64,000 nucleotides of DNA from an uncultured Deinococcaceae bacterium. Lineage in GTDB: Bacteria; Deinococcota; Deinococci; Deinococcales; Deinococcaceae. The stretch is from positions 64,001-128,000 of the forward strand of contig CAXULY010000002.1 of the NCBI GenBank assembly GCA_964252075.1, read 5' to 3'. The position numbers and the translations under genes were made by a program. The notes below the pieces were generated by a model. The model was not told where the DNA came from and did not search any database. It saw only the letters and a list, made by a program, of their open reading frames with translations. The stretch's first letter is position 1. Each line of letters begins with the position of its first letter. Shown one piece after another: positions 10,209-20,703 of the stretch.

Positions 10209-10287
10209 AGCACCCGCCATTTCATGTGGCGTTTACCCACCGAGCGGATGATGAAGGACGTGGTTTTTCATTTTTTTTGGCCCAATA

Positions 10288-10321
10288 TTACCGCAGCGGT
10301 AAATTTAGCAAGTGGTACTAT
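10288..10321 (+). promoter_or_regulatory. Palindromic operator TTACCGC-A-GCGGTAA and -10 box TACTAT upstream of efflux operon
   Basis: Perfect 7-1-7 inverted repeat 10288-10302 in an AT-rich gap; TACTAT at 10316-10321; MarR assignment is inference. Confidence 0.6.
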
Positions 10322-10366
10322 CCGGGTGTCGGGCGCACGACCACCGCGCCGCCCGAGGAGGCTCAA

Positions 10367-11683
10367 GTGAGGGCATGGATCACGGCCACGCTGACGCTGG
10401 CGCTGCTGAGCGGCGCCGACGCGGCGGGCTACACGGACTTTCTGCAGACCCTGCGCGCATACCCCAGCGTGACGCAGGCACAACTGGGCGTTCAGACGGC
10501 GCAGACCGCCCTGAACGCCACCGGCTTCCCCGTCGCGGTCTCCGCGCAGGGCGCGCTGGTCGGCTACCCCACGGTGAATGACCCCGCCGCGTACTGCGCC
10601 ACCGCGCCCGGCGCGGCCTTCAGCACGGTGTGCGCGCCGGTGCCCGCCACCGTCACCACCCTGAACCTCGCGGTGCGCGCCGCGTCCATCCCGGTGGGCG
10701 ACACCGCCGCGCGCCAGCAGCAGGCGCGCATCAACCTCGCGCAGGCGCAGCTCGGGGCCCGGCAGGCGCTCGTCACGGTCGAGGTGCAGGCCATCGAAGC
10801 CGCGCAGCGCGTGCAACTCGCGCAGCACAGCCTGACCCTCGCGCAGCAGGGGCTCAGCAGCGCGCAGCTGGCCGTGCAGGCCACCCAGAACCGCGTGAAC
10901 GCGGGCGGCGCCACGCAGACGGACCTGCAGCAGGCGCAGCTGGTGCTCGCGCAGGCACAAGCGGGCGTGCAGCAGGCGCAGGAGAACGCCGCGCTCGCCA
11001 GCGCGCAGCTGCGCGACCTGACCGGCAGCGACAGCGCGCCCGCGCTGCCCGCCCCGACCGTGCCGCAGCCGCGCCCCGCGCAGGCCGTCACGCAGGCGCA
11101 GTTCGCGGCGCAGAAGGCCCAGACGACCCTGGACCAGGCGCACTGGGACGCGCTCCCCACCCTGTCCGCGAACTACACGCACTACACCTCCAGCACCACC
11201 GGCGTGGGCGTCAGCGTGGACTCCCGCAGCCTCGCGCCCGCCCTCACGCTGTCCATCGCGCCGCGCACCCCGCCCCTGGACCGCGTGCGCGACCAGTACA
11301 GCCTCGGCGTGAACTTCGACCTGTCCGCGAGCACCCTCGCCGCGCAGCAGGGCGCGCAGAGCGCCGTGCAGCAGGCGCAGCTGGCGCTGCAGGCCGCGCA
11401 GCGCCAATCGGACCTCGCGCTGCAGGGCCTGGACACCACGCACGCGCAGGCCAGCCGCCAGCGCACGCTCGCGGAGCAGGCGCTCGCGCTCGCGCAGCAG
11501 CAGCAGAAGGACGCCACGACCCGCCAGGACCTCGGCCTCGCCACGCCCATCGACGTCGCGCAGGCCGCCGTGAACGCCTACCAGGCGCAACTGAACCTCG
11601 ATCAGGCGCAACTCGCCGAGACCGACGCCACCCTGAAGTACTACGCCTTCTACGCCCTCCCCATCGAAGAGGTCAACCCATGA
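10367..11683 (+). CDS. TolC-family outer-membrane efflux protein 1
   Basis: GAGGAGG RBS plus GTG; signal peptide; Ala/Gln-rich helical repeats with GGATQTDL and GLATPIDV OEP-type turns. Confidence 0.75.
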   Translation: MRAWITATLTLALLSGADAAGYTDFLQTLRAYPSVTQAQLGVQTAQTALNATGFPVAVSAQGALVGYPTVNDPAAYCATAPGAAFSTVCAPVPATVTTLNLAVRAASIPVGDTAARQQQARINLAQAQLGARQALVTVEVQAIEAAQRVQLAQHSLTLAQQGLSSAQLAVQATQNRVNAGGATQTDLQQAQLVLAQAQAGVQQAQENAALASAQLRDLTGSDSAPALPAPTVPQPRPAQAVTQAQFAAQKAQTTLDQAHWDALPTLSANYTHYTSSTTGVGVSVDSRSLAPALTLSIAPRTPPLDRVRDQYSLGVNFDLSASTLAAQQGAQSAVQQAQLALQAAQRQSDLALQGLDTTHAQASRQRTLAEQALALAQQQQKDATTRQDLGLATPIDVAQAAVNAYQAQLNLDQAQLAETDATLKYYAFYALPIEEVNP

Positions 11684-12687
11684 AGCACCTGCCCACCCTC
11701 CTCCTGAGTCTCGCCCTCGCGGGCGCCGCCAGCGCGGCGAACGCCCCCCTGAGCTTCACCGCCGCGCTCGCCCACAGCAGCCAGCAGCCCGCCGTGATCG
11801 CCGCGCGCGCCGCGCTCGACACCGCGCAGAGCGACCTCGCGAAAGCGAAGGCGGACCCGCTGGGCACGAAGGTCACGCTCCTGAAGGCGCAGCAGGCCTA
11901 CGACCTCGCGCTCGCCACCCTCAAGACCAGCCAGGCGCAGGCGGAAAGCCAGATCGCGTCGGCGTTCACGCAGGTGGTGGAGGCGCAGGACGGTGTGAAG
12001 GTCGCGTCGGCGGGCCTGAAGCTCGCGCAGACGGGCGCGCAGGTCGCGCAGACGCAGTACGCCAAGGGCGGCGGCACGCAGATCTCCGCGCAGGTCGCGC
12101 AGAACGCCGCGCAGGCCGCGCAGCAGAGCCTGCGCGTCGCGCAGGACGGCCTCTCGCTGGCCTCCGACAACCTCCGCAGCCTGGTCGGCACGTACAGCAG
12201 CGTCAGCCCCGTGGCCGCGGCGCAGCAGAACACCCGCGTCACGGCGGGCGTCGTGGATGACGTGCTGTCCCGCAACCCCACGCTGCTGCAGGCGCGTCAG
12301 GCGGTCGTGGCCCTGCAACTCCAGGTGAACCTGCTCGACCCGCTGTCCGCGTCCGCGTCGCAGATCAACACCGCCAAGACGCAGCTGCAGCAGGCGCAGT
12401 CCGGCGCGGACAGCGCCGCGCGCGGCCTGAAGATCCAGGCGCAGGGCCTCTACAACAGCTACCTGCAGGCGAGCAAGAACCTCGACGTGAAGCGCGCCGC
12501 GCTGCAGAACGCGCAGCGCCAGCTCACCGCCGACCAGGGCCGCTACGCCAAGGGCCTCATCAGCCAGCTGGCCCTCATGCAGAGCAGCCTCAGCGCGCAG
12601 CAGGCGCAACTCGCCAGCGAGCAGGCCGAGGACGCCGTGCTGAACGCCTATTACGCGCTGCAGGCGGGCCCCGCCGGCGCGCGCTGA
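11680..12687 (+). CDS. TolC-family outer-membrane efflux protein 2
   Basis: ATGA overlap; signal peptide MKHLPTLLL; YAKGGGTQ and YAKGLISQL OEP repeats. Confidence 0.75.
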   Translation: MKHLPTLLLSLALAGAASAANAPLSFTAALAHSSQQPAVIAARAALDTAQSDLAKAKADPLGTKVTLLKAQQAYDLALATLKTSQAQAESQIASAFTQVVEAQDGVKVASAGLKLAQTGAQVAQTQYAKGGGTQISAQVAQNAAQAAQQSLRVAQDGLSLASDNLRSLVGTYSSVSPVAAAQQNTRVTAGVVDDVLSRNPTLLQARQAVVALQLQVNLLDPLSASASQINTAKTQLQQAQSGADSAARGLKIQAQGLYNSYLQASKNLDVKRAALQNAQRQLTADQGRYAKGLISQLALMQSSLSAQQAQLASEQAEDAVLNAYYALQAGPAGAR

Positions 12688-12706
12688 GCGCGCCCAGGAG
12701 GAAACG

Positions 12707-14281
12707 ATGACCGCCACCCCGCAGACCGCCCCCGGAACGCCCGCGGCCTCCACGAGCTGGATGGGGCCGCTGCTGATCCTGGTGATTGGCGCGTTCATGG
12801 CGATCCTGGACTCCAGCATCGTGAACGTCGCCATTCCCGACATGATGAACATCTTCGGCGTGGACCAGGCGGGCGTGGAGTGGGTCTCGACGGCCTACAC
12901 GCTCGCGCTGGGCGTCATCACGCCGCTGTCCGGCTGGCTCGGCGCGAAACTCGGGTTGCGCAGCATGTACATCGTGGCGCTCGTGATCTTCGTGATCGGG
13001 TCCGCGCTGTGCGCCTTCTCGTGGAGCCTCAACAGCATGATTGCCTTCCGCATCGTGCAGGCGGTCGGCGGTGGGCTCATCATGCCCGCCGTGCAGGCCA
13101 TGATGGTGCGCATGGTGCCGCGCAACCAGATGGGCGCCGCGAGCGGCATCTTCGGCATGGCGGTGCTGCTCGCGCCCGCCATCGGCCCGACGCTCGGCGG
13201 GTACCTCGTGGAGTACGTGGACTGGCGCTGGATCTTCACGATCAACGTGCCGGTCGGCATCATCGGGCTGTTCCTGGCGCTCGTGCGCGTCCCGAACTAC
13301 CCGAAGACCCCGGCGGGCCGCTTCGACTGGTGGGGCGCGATCGCCATCGCGACGGCGCTCTTCACCCTGCTGCTCGCCACCAGCGAGGGCCAGAGCTGGG
13401 GCTGGGGCTCCGAGGGCATCGTGCTGCTGTTCTACGCCTGCGCGGTCAGTTTCGCGTTCTTCATCTGGTGGGAGCTGCGCGTGCCGGAGCCGCTGCTGAA
13501 CCTGCGGCTCTTCCGGTACTCGACGTTTACCATCGCGAACATCCTGCTGATGATCATCAGCATCTCGCTGTTCGGCGTGCTGTTCTACCTGCCGGTGTAC
13601 CTGCAGACGGTGCGCGGCATGGGGGCCTTCCAGTCCGGGCTGCTGCAGCTGCCGCCCGCGCTCCTGACGGGCCTCGTGATGCCCTTCGCGGGGCGGCTGT
13701 ACGACCGCGTGGGCCCGAAGGTGCTGGTGCCGGTCGGCGTGCTGCTGGTGGCGCTCGGCGCGTACCTCTTCAAGAGCCTCACCATCGACACCGCCATCGC
13801 CAGCATCATCTTGTGGAACGCCGTGCGGTCCGTCGGGATGGGGATCGCGATGATCCCCACCCAGTCGTCGGCGGTGTCGGAGATTCCCGCGCACCAGGCG
13901 GGGCAGGCGAGCGCCATCATCAACGTCATCAACCGCCTGGGCGGCGCGTTCGGCGTGGTGATCATGGTGCAGCTCTTCGACCACTACAACCGCCTGCAGA
14001 CGACCGGCATGAACAACCTGCTGCAGCAGGGCGACCCCATCCAGCAGAACATGCTCGCCAGCATGATCGCGCAGCTGCGCGCCGAGGGCCTGGACGCCGT
14101 GCGCGCGCAGGCGGCGGCCATGCAGGTGCTGATCGGGAGAATGTCCACGACCGCCTTTACCAACACCTTCGACATCGTGATGGTCATCGTCGCGTTGGCG
14201 CTTGTGGTGTGCGCCGTGCTGGCCCTGCTGCTCCGCAAGGGCAAGGTCGCCAGCGAGCCCGGCCACGCCGTGATGGAGTGA
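12707..14281 (+). CDS. DHA2 (EmrB/QacA) MFS efflux permease
   Basis: FMAILDSSIVNVAIP, APAIGPTLGG, WRWIFTINVP motifs; many TM segments. Confidence 0.93.
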   Translation: MTATPQTAPGTPAASTSWMGPLLILVIGAFMAILDSSIVNVAIPDMMNIFGVDQAGVEWVSTAYTLALGVITPLSGWLGAKLGLRSMYIVALVIFVIGSALCAFSWSLNSMIAFRIVQAVGGGLIMPAVQAMMVRMVPRNQMGAASGIFGMAVLLAPAIGPTLGGYLVEYVDWRWIFTINVPVGIIGLFLALVRVPNYPKTPAGRFDWWGAIAIATALFTLLLATSEGQSWGWGSEGIVLLFYACAVSFAFFIWWELRVPEPLLNLRLFRYSTFTIANILLMIISISLFGVLFYLPVYLQTVRGMGAFQSGLLQLPPALLTGLVMPFAGRLYDRVGPKVLVPVGVLLVALGAYLFKSLTIDTAIASIILWNAVRSVGMGIAMIPTQSSAVSEIPAHQAGQASAIINVINRLGGAFGVVIMVQLFDHYNRLQTTGMNNLLQQGDPIQQNMLASMIAQLRAEGLDAVRAQAAAMQVLIGRMSTTAFTNTFDIVMVIVALALVVCAVLALLLRKGKVASEPGHAVME

Positions 14282-14285
14282 ACTT

Positions 14286-16085
14286 ATGCAGGAAGCCAGA
14301 GCAAGTCTGAAGCAGGAGAAGCCCGCCCGCGCGGGCGCCGGACGCCGCGTCATCGGCATCACGGTCGGGGTGCTGGTCGTGCTGGGGGCGGGCGCCATCG
14401 TGGGCCTGTACGCCTACAACGGCAGCCACTACGTGAGCACCGACAACGCCCGCATCGCCGCGAACACCGCGCCCGTCACGCCCGAAATTCCGGGCCGCGT
14501 GCTGAGCTGGGACGTCGCGGTGGGCAGCACCGTGCAGGCCGGGCAGATCATCGGGCAGCTGGACACCACGAGTGTCGCGCAGTCCAGCGCCGCGAACGTC
14601 GGCGCGCTCAGCCAGACGGCGCCCCTCACGGCGGCGCGCGCCCTAGTCCGCGCGCCGATCAGCGGGCAGGTCATTCAGTCCACGGCGCTGGTCGGTCAGC
14701 TCGTGAACGCCGGGCAGTCCCTGGCGGTCATCGCGGACAACAGCAGCAGTTACGTGTCCGCGAACATCAAGGAAGGCAGCATCGGGAAGGTGAAGCTCGG
14801 GCAGGAGGCGCGCGTGACGCTCGACGCGCTGCCGGGGCGCACCCTCACGGGCCGCGTGCAGCAGATTGGCGAGGCGACCGCCGGGACCTTCTCGCTGCTG
14901 CCGTCCGGCGGGTCGGACAGCGGGAACTTCACAAAGGTCGAGCAGGTCATCCCGGTGTCCATTTACCTCACGGACGCGGACCGCGCGGCGCTCATTCCGG
15001 GCAGCAGCGCGAGCGTCACGGTGGACCTGCGCGACCCGCCCGCCACCGCGACGCCCGTGAAGACCGTGCGCGCCGCCGCCACCAGCCTGCACCAGCAGCT
15101 GAGCGTGGTGGGCACCCTCACCAGCACCAGCAGCGTAAACGTCACGCCGCAGGTGCAGGGCACCGTGACCGCCATCAACGTGCAGGTGGGGGACCGCGTG
15201 AGCCGCGGGCAGGTGATCGCGCGCATCGACGACAGCAACCTGCGCGCGCAGCTCGCGCAGGCGCAGGCGGGCCTCGCGCAGGCGCGCAACGGCGTCGCGA
15301 GCGCCAGCTCGAACCTGCAGCTGGCGGCCAGCACCCTGGACCGCCTGAAGGCGGTGTACGCCCTCGGCGGGGTGTCCCGTCAGGACCTGCAGAACGCGCA
15401 GAACCAGTACGTCGCCGCACAGGCCGCCAGCCGCAACGCCAGCGGCGCGGGCGTGGAGGCCGCGCAGGCCGCCGTGCAGAACCTGCAGGTGACGCTCTCC
15501 AAGACGGTCATCCGCAGCCCCATTGACGGCGTGGTGTCCACGCGCACCATCGAGGCGGGCGAGGTCGCGAGTCCCGCCGTGCCGATCCTCACGATCGTGC
15601 AGAGCGACCCGCGCAAGATCGTCGCGACGATCCCCGCGAACCAGGCGAACCTCGTGCGTACCGGGCAGGCCATGCAGGTCCGCATTGACGCCTTCCCCGG
15701 CAAGACCTTCGCCGCGCACGTGACGGCCGTGAACCCCACGTCCGTCGCGACCGGCAACTCCTTCCCGATGGAAGCGCGCCTGGACGCCGCGAACCCCTCG
15801 CTGCGCGCTGGCATGGTCGCCACCGCGGACCTCACGGCGGACATCCCGGCGGGCCTGCCGGTGCTGCCCGCCAGCGCCCTCACCCGCATCGGCGCGCAGA
15901 ACTACGTGTACCGCGTGGTGAACGGCAAGGCCGTCCGCACGCCCGTGCAGGTCGGCATGAGCGGCAAGGACAGCGCCGGCCAGGAGGACACCACCATCAT
16001 GAGTGGCGTGCAGACGGGCGACGAGGTGGTGAACAGCCAGGTGAGCGCCCTGTGGGACGGCGCGCCCGTGCAGGCCCAGCAGTAA
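14286..16085 (+). CDS. Fused double membrane-fusion (periplasmic adaptor) protein
   Basis: N-half EmrA-like (VSTDNA, FSLLP..GNFTKVEQVIPV); C-half a second adaptor (VQVGDRVSRGQVIARID, helical hairpin, IRSPIDGVV, LRAGM, LPASAL). Confidence 0.85.
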   Translation: MQEARASLKQEKPARAGAGRRVIGITVGVLVVLGAGAIVGLYAYNGSHYVSTDNARIAANTAPVTPEIPGRVLSWDVAVGSTVQAGQIIGQLDTTSVAQSSAANVGALSQTAPLTAARALVRAPISGQVIQSTALVGQLVNAGQSLAVIADNSSSYVSANIKEGSIGKVKLGQEARVTLDALPGRTLTGRVQQIGEATAGTFSLLPSGGSDSGNFTKVEQVIPVSIYLTDADRAALIPGSSASVTVDLRDPPATATPVKTVRAAATSLHQQLSVVGTLTSTSSVNVTPQVQGTVTAINVQVGDRVSRGQVIARIDDSNLRAQLAQAQAGLAQARNGVASASSNLQLAASTLDRLKAVYALGGVSRQDLQNAQNQYVAAQAASRNASGAGVEAAQAAVQNLQVTLSKTVIRSPIDGVVSTRTIEAGEVASPAVPILTIVQSDPRKIVATIPANQANLVRTGQAMQVRIDAFPGKTFAAHVTAVNPTSVATGNSFPMEARLDAANPSLRAGMVATADLTADIPAGLPVLPASALTRIGAQNYVYRVVNGKAVRTPVQVGMSGKDSAGQEDTTIMSGVQTGDEVVNSQVSALWDGAPVQAQQ

Positions 16086-16097
16086 GGCAGCAGTGAG

Positions 16098-16129
16098 ACG
16101 GGCCGCACCCCTTTGGGGGTGCGGCCCGT
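16098..16129. terminator. Hairpin between convergent genes
   Basis: 14-bp stem ACGGGCCGCACCCC-TTTG-GGGGTGCGGCCCGT. Confidence 0.75.
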
Positions 16130-16137
16130 TCCTGTGG

Positions 16138-17055
16138 TCAGGGCAGCTTGTTGCCCGCCGCGCGGTAAATGGCGTACCACTCCTCGCGCGTGAGCTGCAC
16201 GTCCGCCGCGCGGCAGCAGTCCCGCAGGCGCTCCACGTTTGTGGTGCCCGTGACGGGCTGCATGCGCGCCGGGTGGCGCAGCAGCCACGCGATCGCGATG
16301 GTGGTGTTCGTGACGCCGTGTGCGGCGGCCACCTCGTCAATCTGGCGGTTCAGCTCGGGGAACTTGTCGCTCCCCAGGAACACCCCCTCGAAGAACCCGA
16401 ACTGGAAGGGCGACCACGGCTGGATGGTGATGTCGTGCAGGCGGCAGTAATCCAAGACGTGGCCGTCGCGGTCCACGGCCGCGTCGTTCTCCATGTTCAC
16501 GTTGATGCCGCTGCTGATCATGGTGGCGTTCGTGATGCTGAGCTGCAGCTGGTTCGCGACGATCGGTTGCCGCACGAACCGGCGCAGCAGGTCCATCTGG
16601 TGCGGGTGCTGGTTGGACACCCCGAAGTGCCGCACCTTCCCCTCGCGCTCCAGCTGATCGAAGGCCTCCGCGACCTCCTCGGGCTCCACGAGCGCGTCCG
16701 GGCGGTGCAGCAGCAGCACGTCGAGGTACTCGGTGCGCAGGCGCTTCAGGATGCCGTCCACCGCCGTCAGGATGTGCTCACGCGAGAAGTCGAACATGCC
16801 CTGCCGGATGCCGCACTTCGACTGCAGGATGAGCTTCTCCCGGACGCTGCTGCTCATGCCGACGGCGTCCGCGAAGATCTCCTCGCACGTCCCGCCGCCG
16901 TAAATGTCGGCGTGATCGAAGAAGTTCGCGCCCTCGTCGAGCGCCGTCCCCACGAAGCGCTGCGCTTCGGCCTTGTCCAGCGCGTTGATGCGCATGCAGC
17001 CCACCGCGATCACGGGCACGTTCAGGTCACTCGTCCCCAGCTTCTGCTCTCTCAT
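16138..17055 (-). CDS. Aldo/keto reductase (YdhF-like)
   Basis: FFDHADIYG, SKCGI, LLLHRPD, GKVRHFGVSN, AWLLRHP. Confidence 0.93.
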   Translation of the reverse strand: MREQKLGTSDLNVPVIAVGCMRINALDKAEAQRFVGTALDEGANFFDHADIYGGGTCEEIFADAVGMSSSVREKLILQSKCGIRQGMFDFSREHILTAVDGILKRLRTEYLDVLLLHRPDALVEPEEVAEAFDQLEREGKVRHFGVSNQHPHQMDLLRRFVRQPIVANQLQLSITNATMISSGINVNMENDAAVDRDGHVLDYCRLHDITIQPWSPFQFGFFEGVFLGSDKFPELNRQIDEVAAAHGVTNTTIAIAWLLRHPARMQPVTGTTNVERLRDCCRAADVQLTREEWYAIYRAAGNKLP

Positions 17056-17211
17056 GGTGCGTCTCCTTCAGGTGCGAGCCCGCCCCGCGCGCCGCCGCGC
17101 TCACCGCGTCCAGCTGACCCGGGGGGATGCGCCCGCATTGGAACACAGCGCCTCACGCCGGGCAAGCCATGAAACGTGAAGGCGTGCGGCGCGGTAGGGT
17201 GGGAAGAGATC

Positions 17212-18246
<1,035 letters not shown>

Positions 18247-18254
18247 ACCGCCGT

Positions 18255-18290
18255 GCGTGGGGCGGGACGGGCGCCCGTCCCGCCCCACGC
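18255..18290. terminator. Perfect 36-bp palindrome between convergent genes
   Basis: GCGTGGGGCGGGACGGGCGCCCGTCCCGCCCCACGC equals its reverse complement. Confidence 0.7.
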
Positions 18291-18307
18291 CTGTTGCGCC
18301 GGGGCCC

Positions 18308-20026
18308 TCACTCCCACAGGCGGACGATGGGGTTCAGGCCCACGAGCAGCCGACCGCCCGGCTGGCGCAGCACGCGCTGAGCGTCCGGCACGTCCAGCAC
18401 GCCGCCCTCCCCGAAGCGGGTGTCGTACGCGCCGTCCGCGCGCAGCCGCACCAGCACCGGCTGCGCAGGCCCGCTCCCCGCGTCGCGCGCGCAGCCGGAC
18501 ACCAGGACCGTGCCGTCCGCGCCGAGCGTCACGCCGACCGGCCCGCCGCGCAGCCGGGCGTTCCCCAAGTTCACCACGTTGCCGAGGTCGCCCGGCGCGT
18601 GGAAGGCCGGGTCGGGCTGCCCGTCCGGCGTGGCGCGCGCGAGCAGGCACCCGTCCGCCCGCGGGCCGCTGCCGCCCATCACGACCGAGCCGCCCGCCTG
18701 CACGGCCAGGGCGCCCACCTGCGTCGCACCATGCAGGCGCAGCACGGCCGCGCCGTCCCCCGCGAGGGCGCGGCCGTCCGGCTGGTAGCGCGTGAGTTGC
18801 CACGCGGTGTACCCGGGCGCGTCCGCCGTCGTCTGCACCTGGCCCGCCGCGAGGATCACGCCGTCCGCACCGAAGGCCAGCGCGGACACCTGCTCGTGGC
18901 GCGGGCCGGGCGTCACCGCACGCCCCCCCTCGCCGAACGCCGCGTCCGGCGCGCCGTCCGGGAGGCGGCGCAGCAGCAGGCGGTCCCCGTACTGGTCGGC
19001 CGTCACGCCCGCCAGCACGACCTTCCCGTCCGCCTGCACGCCCGCCGTCAGGACGCGGTCCGCGCCGAGCGGCACCACCAGCACCCCTTCGTCCCCGAAG
19101 GTGCGGTCCGGCTGACCGTCGGGCTGCAGGCGCCACAGCACCGCCGCGTCCGGCCCCACCGCACGCAGCAGCGCCCCGCCGTCCGCCAGCGCGAGCACCT
19201 GCGCTGCCGTGACGCCCCTCAGCGCGCGTGTGGCGCGGCCCCGCTCCCCGAAGGCCTCATCCGGCAGTCCGTCCACTGTGAAGCGCGCCACGACCAGCCG
19301 CCCGCCCGCGCCCTCCTGGCCGAACACCAGCACCTTCCCGTCCACCTGCACGGCGGCGTCCGCGACCCGGAAGTCCGCGCGGATCGGCTGGAAGGTCGGG
19401 TCAGGCGCTCCGGGCAGCGGGCCGCTCCGGCACTCAATCTTCGGGTCCGCCCAGTCCGCGTGGTCGTTCCGCACGCCGTCCCCGGCGTCCGTCAACACGA
19501 GGCGCAGTTCACGCGCGCCGGACACGCTCACGTCGATGGATTGCGCGCCCTCCGCGCCCGTGACGGTGGGCGTCACCCACTTCCGCGCGCCATCCACGAA
19601 CACCTCGAACACCACGCTGCCCGCGCCACCCACCTCGTCATCCACCCCGACGTCCGCCGTGAAGCGCGTGCACGCCGCGCCCGCGCCGGCAAGGTCGAAG
19701 CGGAGGTCACTCCCCGCGTGCACGCCATACCCCTGCGCGTACACGCGGCCGTTCAGGGTGATGGGGTGCCCATCGCCCGCGCGCTGCTCGCCGTTGCTGG
19801 TGTTGCGCTCGGCGGGTCCCCAGCCGTTGCGCATGAAGGTGGCGCGCTCGTATTGCAGGGTGTTGACGCCTGGCGTGAGGGCCTGCGCCGTAATGGATGG
19901 TGACTGCTGCTGCTGCCGCGCGGGGGCCGTGCCCTCCACGCTCGCGGAAGTGGTGGGCTGGCTGCAGGCGAAGAGCAGCATGGGCAGCGTGAGGCTGAAG
20001 AGTGCGCGGGCAACGGCGTTTGGCAT
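18308..20026 (-). CDS. Lipoprotein with NPCBM/NEW2 domain and delta-60-type beta-propeller repeats
   Basis: Lipobox LFAC; NGWGPAERNTSNGE...GYGVHAGS...DHADWAD (NPCBM); repeated VQxDGKV and DGxPDxxFG units. Confidence 0.85.
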   Translation of the reverse strand: MPNAVARALFSLTLPMLLFACSQPTTSASVEGTAPARQQQQSPSITAQALTPGVNTLQYERATFMRNGWGPAERNTSNGEQRAGDGHPITLNGRVYAQGYGVHAGSDLRFDLAGAGAACTRFTADVGVDDEVGGAGSVVFEVFVDGARKWVTPTVTGAEGAQSIDVSVSGARELRLVLTDAGDGVRNDHADWADPKIECRSGPLPGAPDPTFQPIRADFRVADAAVQVDGKVLVFGQEGAGGRLVVARFTVDGLPDEAFGERGRATRALRGVTAAQVLALADGGALLRAVGPDAAVLWRLQPDGQPDRTFGDEGVLVVPLGADRVLTAGVQADGKVVLAGVTADQYGDRLLLRRLPDGAPDAAFGEGGRAVTPGPRHEQVSALAFGADGVILAAGQVQTTADAPGYTAWQLTRYQPDGRALAGDGAAVLRLHGATQVGALAVQAGGSVVMGGSGPRADGCLLARATPDGQPDPAFHAPGDLGNVVNLGNARLRGGPVGVTLGADGTVLVSGCARDAGSGPAQPVLVRLRADGAYDTRFGEGGVLDVPDAQRVLRQPGGRLLVGLNPIVRLWE

Positions 20027-20453
20027 GGGCTCGCCAGCACCGACAGCACCGTCGTCCCACCCAAAGCGGACCGCGTCGTGGTGGTTGGGACTGCGCGCCA
20101 GGGCTATGTAAATGAATAGGTCTGAGAAGGCGACGGTGGCGCGTGACGGGGCGCTGCGTTTAATGATCCGGCCAAATAGGCAGGATCGGAGCGCAGGTGC
20201 CGCTAGGTTAGACCGGCGTGAGTTGGAATTCCGGAGAAAACCGTCATTTCTGATTCAAGCGTGAGAATGAAGAAGGTACCCCCTCAGATACAGTCATAGG
20301 TTTAAGGTCTTAGGAAGCAAACCAAGATCAGCAAGGAGGTATGGAGCAGGATGAATCCTGTCCGCAGCGAGGCCTTGCCAAGCCATAGACGCGGGTCATT
20401 GAACCAGCCTATGCCACCTAGTGTTCATTAAATCTAAGGATGGACTGATCTTC

Positions 20454-20483
20454 TTGACAGCGGTTTCACCCTCGCGTTAGCGT
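20454..20483 (+). promoter_or_regulatory. Sigma70-like promoter with overlapping LacI/cre-like operator
   Basis: TTGACA-N18-TAGCGT; TGACAGCGGTTTCA (20455-20468) overlaps the -35. Confidence 0.6.
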
Positions 20484-20637
20484 GGAGGTCAAGTCCATTT
20501 TCAATCTTCACCCACATGGCGCCGTCCAACTTGGCGGGACATCAATGCTGCACAGGTTCACGCCCAGTCGGCGCGACGCTCCTGCGTCGCGAATCGTGGG
20601 TCAGCTCAAAGCGCCTTCTCCTTCTTCTGGACCGTTC

Positions 20638-20651
20638 TGAAAGCGTTTTCA
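20638..20651. promoter_or_regulatory. Second LacI/cre-like operator
   Basis: TGAAAGCGTTTTCA, near-perfect palindrome with central CG, about 50 bp upstream of the cellulase start. Confidence 0.65.
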
Positions 20652-20703
20652 TTACCATGAAGCGCCTCTCCCTTGCATCAATCGCCACACCCAGGAGACC
20701 GTC

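Noticed and set aside
9935..10366. N-terminal extensions of TolC ORFs in the track (9935 and 10630 starts)
   Set aside because: Overlap other genes; real starts at 10367 and 11680 are supported by RBS or coupling and signal peptides
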